DNA of 27,442 bases from a virus (Duplodnaviria > Caudoviricetes). Shown here one piece after another: positions 26,566 through 27,442 of this stretch. The stretch spans positions 1 through 27,442 of the IMG/VR virus record IMGVR_UViG_3300035164_000304; one strand, 5' to 3'. Below the pieces are notes generated by a model, which saw only the letters and a program-made list of their open reading frames with translations, was not told the DNA's origin and did no database searches. Made by a program: the position numbers and the translations under genes. Positions within the stretch are counted from its first letter, which is position 1, and the number at the start of each line of letters is the position of its first letter.

Positions 26566-26817
26566 ATGTCATTTTTACAAAAATTATTACCTAGTAGATT
26601 AAGTATATTTAATAAATTAGGAGCTATTATGGCTACAAGAATGTTTAGAGCTACTTTTGTAGATTCTTTTTCACAAAATACTATTGTGGTGGAGTTTGAA
26701 GCTCCATTTCCAGTAGATGAGCAAGTTGATTATAAGAAACTTGCGACCCAAAGGTTGGGTGAAATGATACGAAAAGACTTAGTCAAGATTCGTGATATTG
26801 AGCCCATTGAAATATAA
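26566..26817 (+). CDS. Hypothetical protein (83 aa, or 62 aa from ATG 26629)
   Basis: Both in-frame ATGs are preceded by TAGGAG. Confidence 0.65.
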   Translation: MSFLQKLLPSRLSIFNKLGAIMATRMFRATFVDSFSQNTIVVEFEAPFPVDEQVDYKKLATQRLGEMIRKDLVKIRDIEPIEI

Positions 26818-26838
26818 CTATTTGATAAGAGGAGTACT

Positions 26839-27442
26839 ATGTCAGATACAACAACAATGCAGACTGTTACAGCAACAGATCTCAAACAGGAGATACGCGA
26901 TAACATGCGTATCGGACTAAACACTATGATCTGGGGCGGACCCGGTATCGGTAAATCTGAGATTCCTCAGCAAGTCGCTGATGAACTCAACATACCGTTG
27001 CTAGATTTTCGTGCCAATCTATTCGACCCTGTCGATGTTCGTGGTATACCACGAGTCATTGACAGTGAAACATATGGTGCGATGACCTCGTGGGCTCCAC
27101 CAGATATTTTCCCTACCGAAGAAACGCACGGCCCTCGTGGTTTGTTCATGATTGACGAACTGCCAACGGCGCCACCTGCTACACAGAATGCGTTTCTACA
27201 ACTTCTACTAACTCGTCAGGTTGGTAATTACAAAATGCCTGATGGTTGGTCATGTCTTGCTGCAGGTAATCGTCTAACTGACGGTGCCTCAGTCTACCAA
27301 ATGCCCTCACCTGTAAGAAACAGACTGATGCATTACGAACTCGAACCTAGCTTGGACGCTTGGTGCGAGTGGGCGCTAAAGAATGAAGTCAATACTACTT
27401 TGGTTTCTTTCATGCGTTACCGTCCTAACCTTTTGTACAGTT
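26839..27442 (+). CDS. MoxR-like AAA+ ATPase (N4 gp24-like), truncated by the window
   Basis: GAGGAG RBS; translation MSDTTT...WGGPGIGKS (Walker A)...DPVDVRGIP...LFMIDEL (Walker B)...AAGNR...VRNRL (Arg finger). Not in the track because no stop lies in the window. Confidence 0.9.
   Translation, partial: MSDTTTMQTVTATDLKQEIRDNMRIGLNTMIWGGPGIGKSEIPQQVADELNIPLLDFRANLFDPVDVRGIPRVIDSETYGAMTSWAPPDIFPTEETHGPRGLFMIDELPTAPPATQNAFLQLLLTRQVGNYKMPDGWSCLAAGNRLTDGASVYQMPSPVRNRLMHYELEPSLDAWCEWALKNEVNTTLVSFMRYRPNLLYS

Noticed and set aside
21349-27149. Track ORFs 21349-21561, 22529-22738, 22968-23156, 23220-23531, 24170-24385, 24665-24847, 25868-26050, 26730-26924 and 26967-27149
   Set aside because: They overlap better-supported genes or repeat/structured regions and lack convincing starts.

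Overview
Window from a tailed dsDNA bacteriophage with podovirus-type architecture and two divergent halves. On the minus strand (21152 down to 1) lies a packaging/virion operon: HNH-like nuclease, TerS, TerL, P22-type portal, scaffold, N4-gp56-family major capsid protein, two adaptor-like proteins, a GNAT-like protein and three ejection-protein candidates. It ends in a giant ORF (>2730 aa, start 8190, open to the window edge, absent from the supplied track). By my translation this giant ORF is a polyvalent ejection protein carrying cpYpsA-SLOG, HExxH metallopeptidase and NADAR domains. On the plus strand (21385 to the end) lies an early-type region of small genes, starting with an AlkB-like dioxygenase and ending in a truncated MoxR-like AAA+ ATPase. 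Its intergenic DNA is unusually organised: five TCTAGTTYAA boxes, six TACTATCAT boxes, N4-promoter-like triloop hairpins, multibranch folds, an 11-copy GTGTACC iteron-like cluster with an IHF consensus, and a tandem pair of covarying pseudoknots (candidate novel ncRNA). All family calls come from reading motifs by eye; no database search was run.
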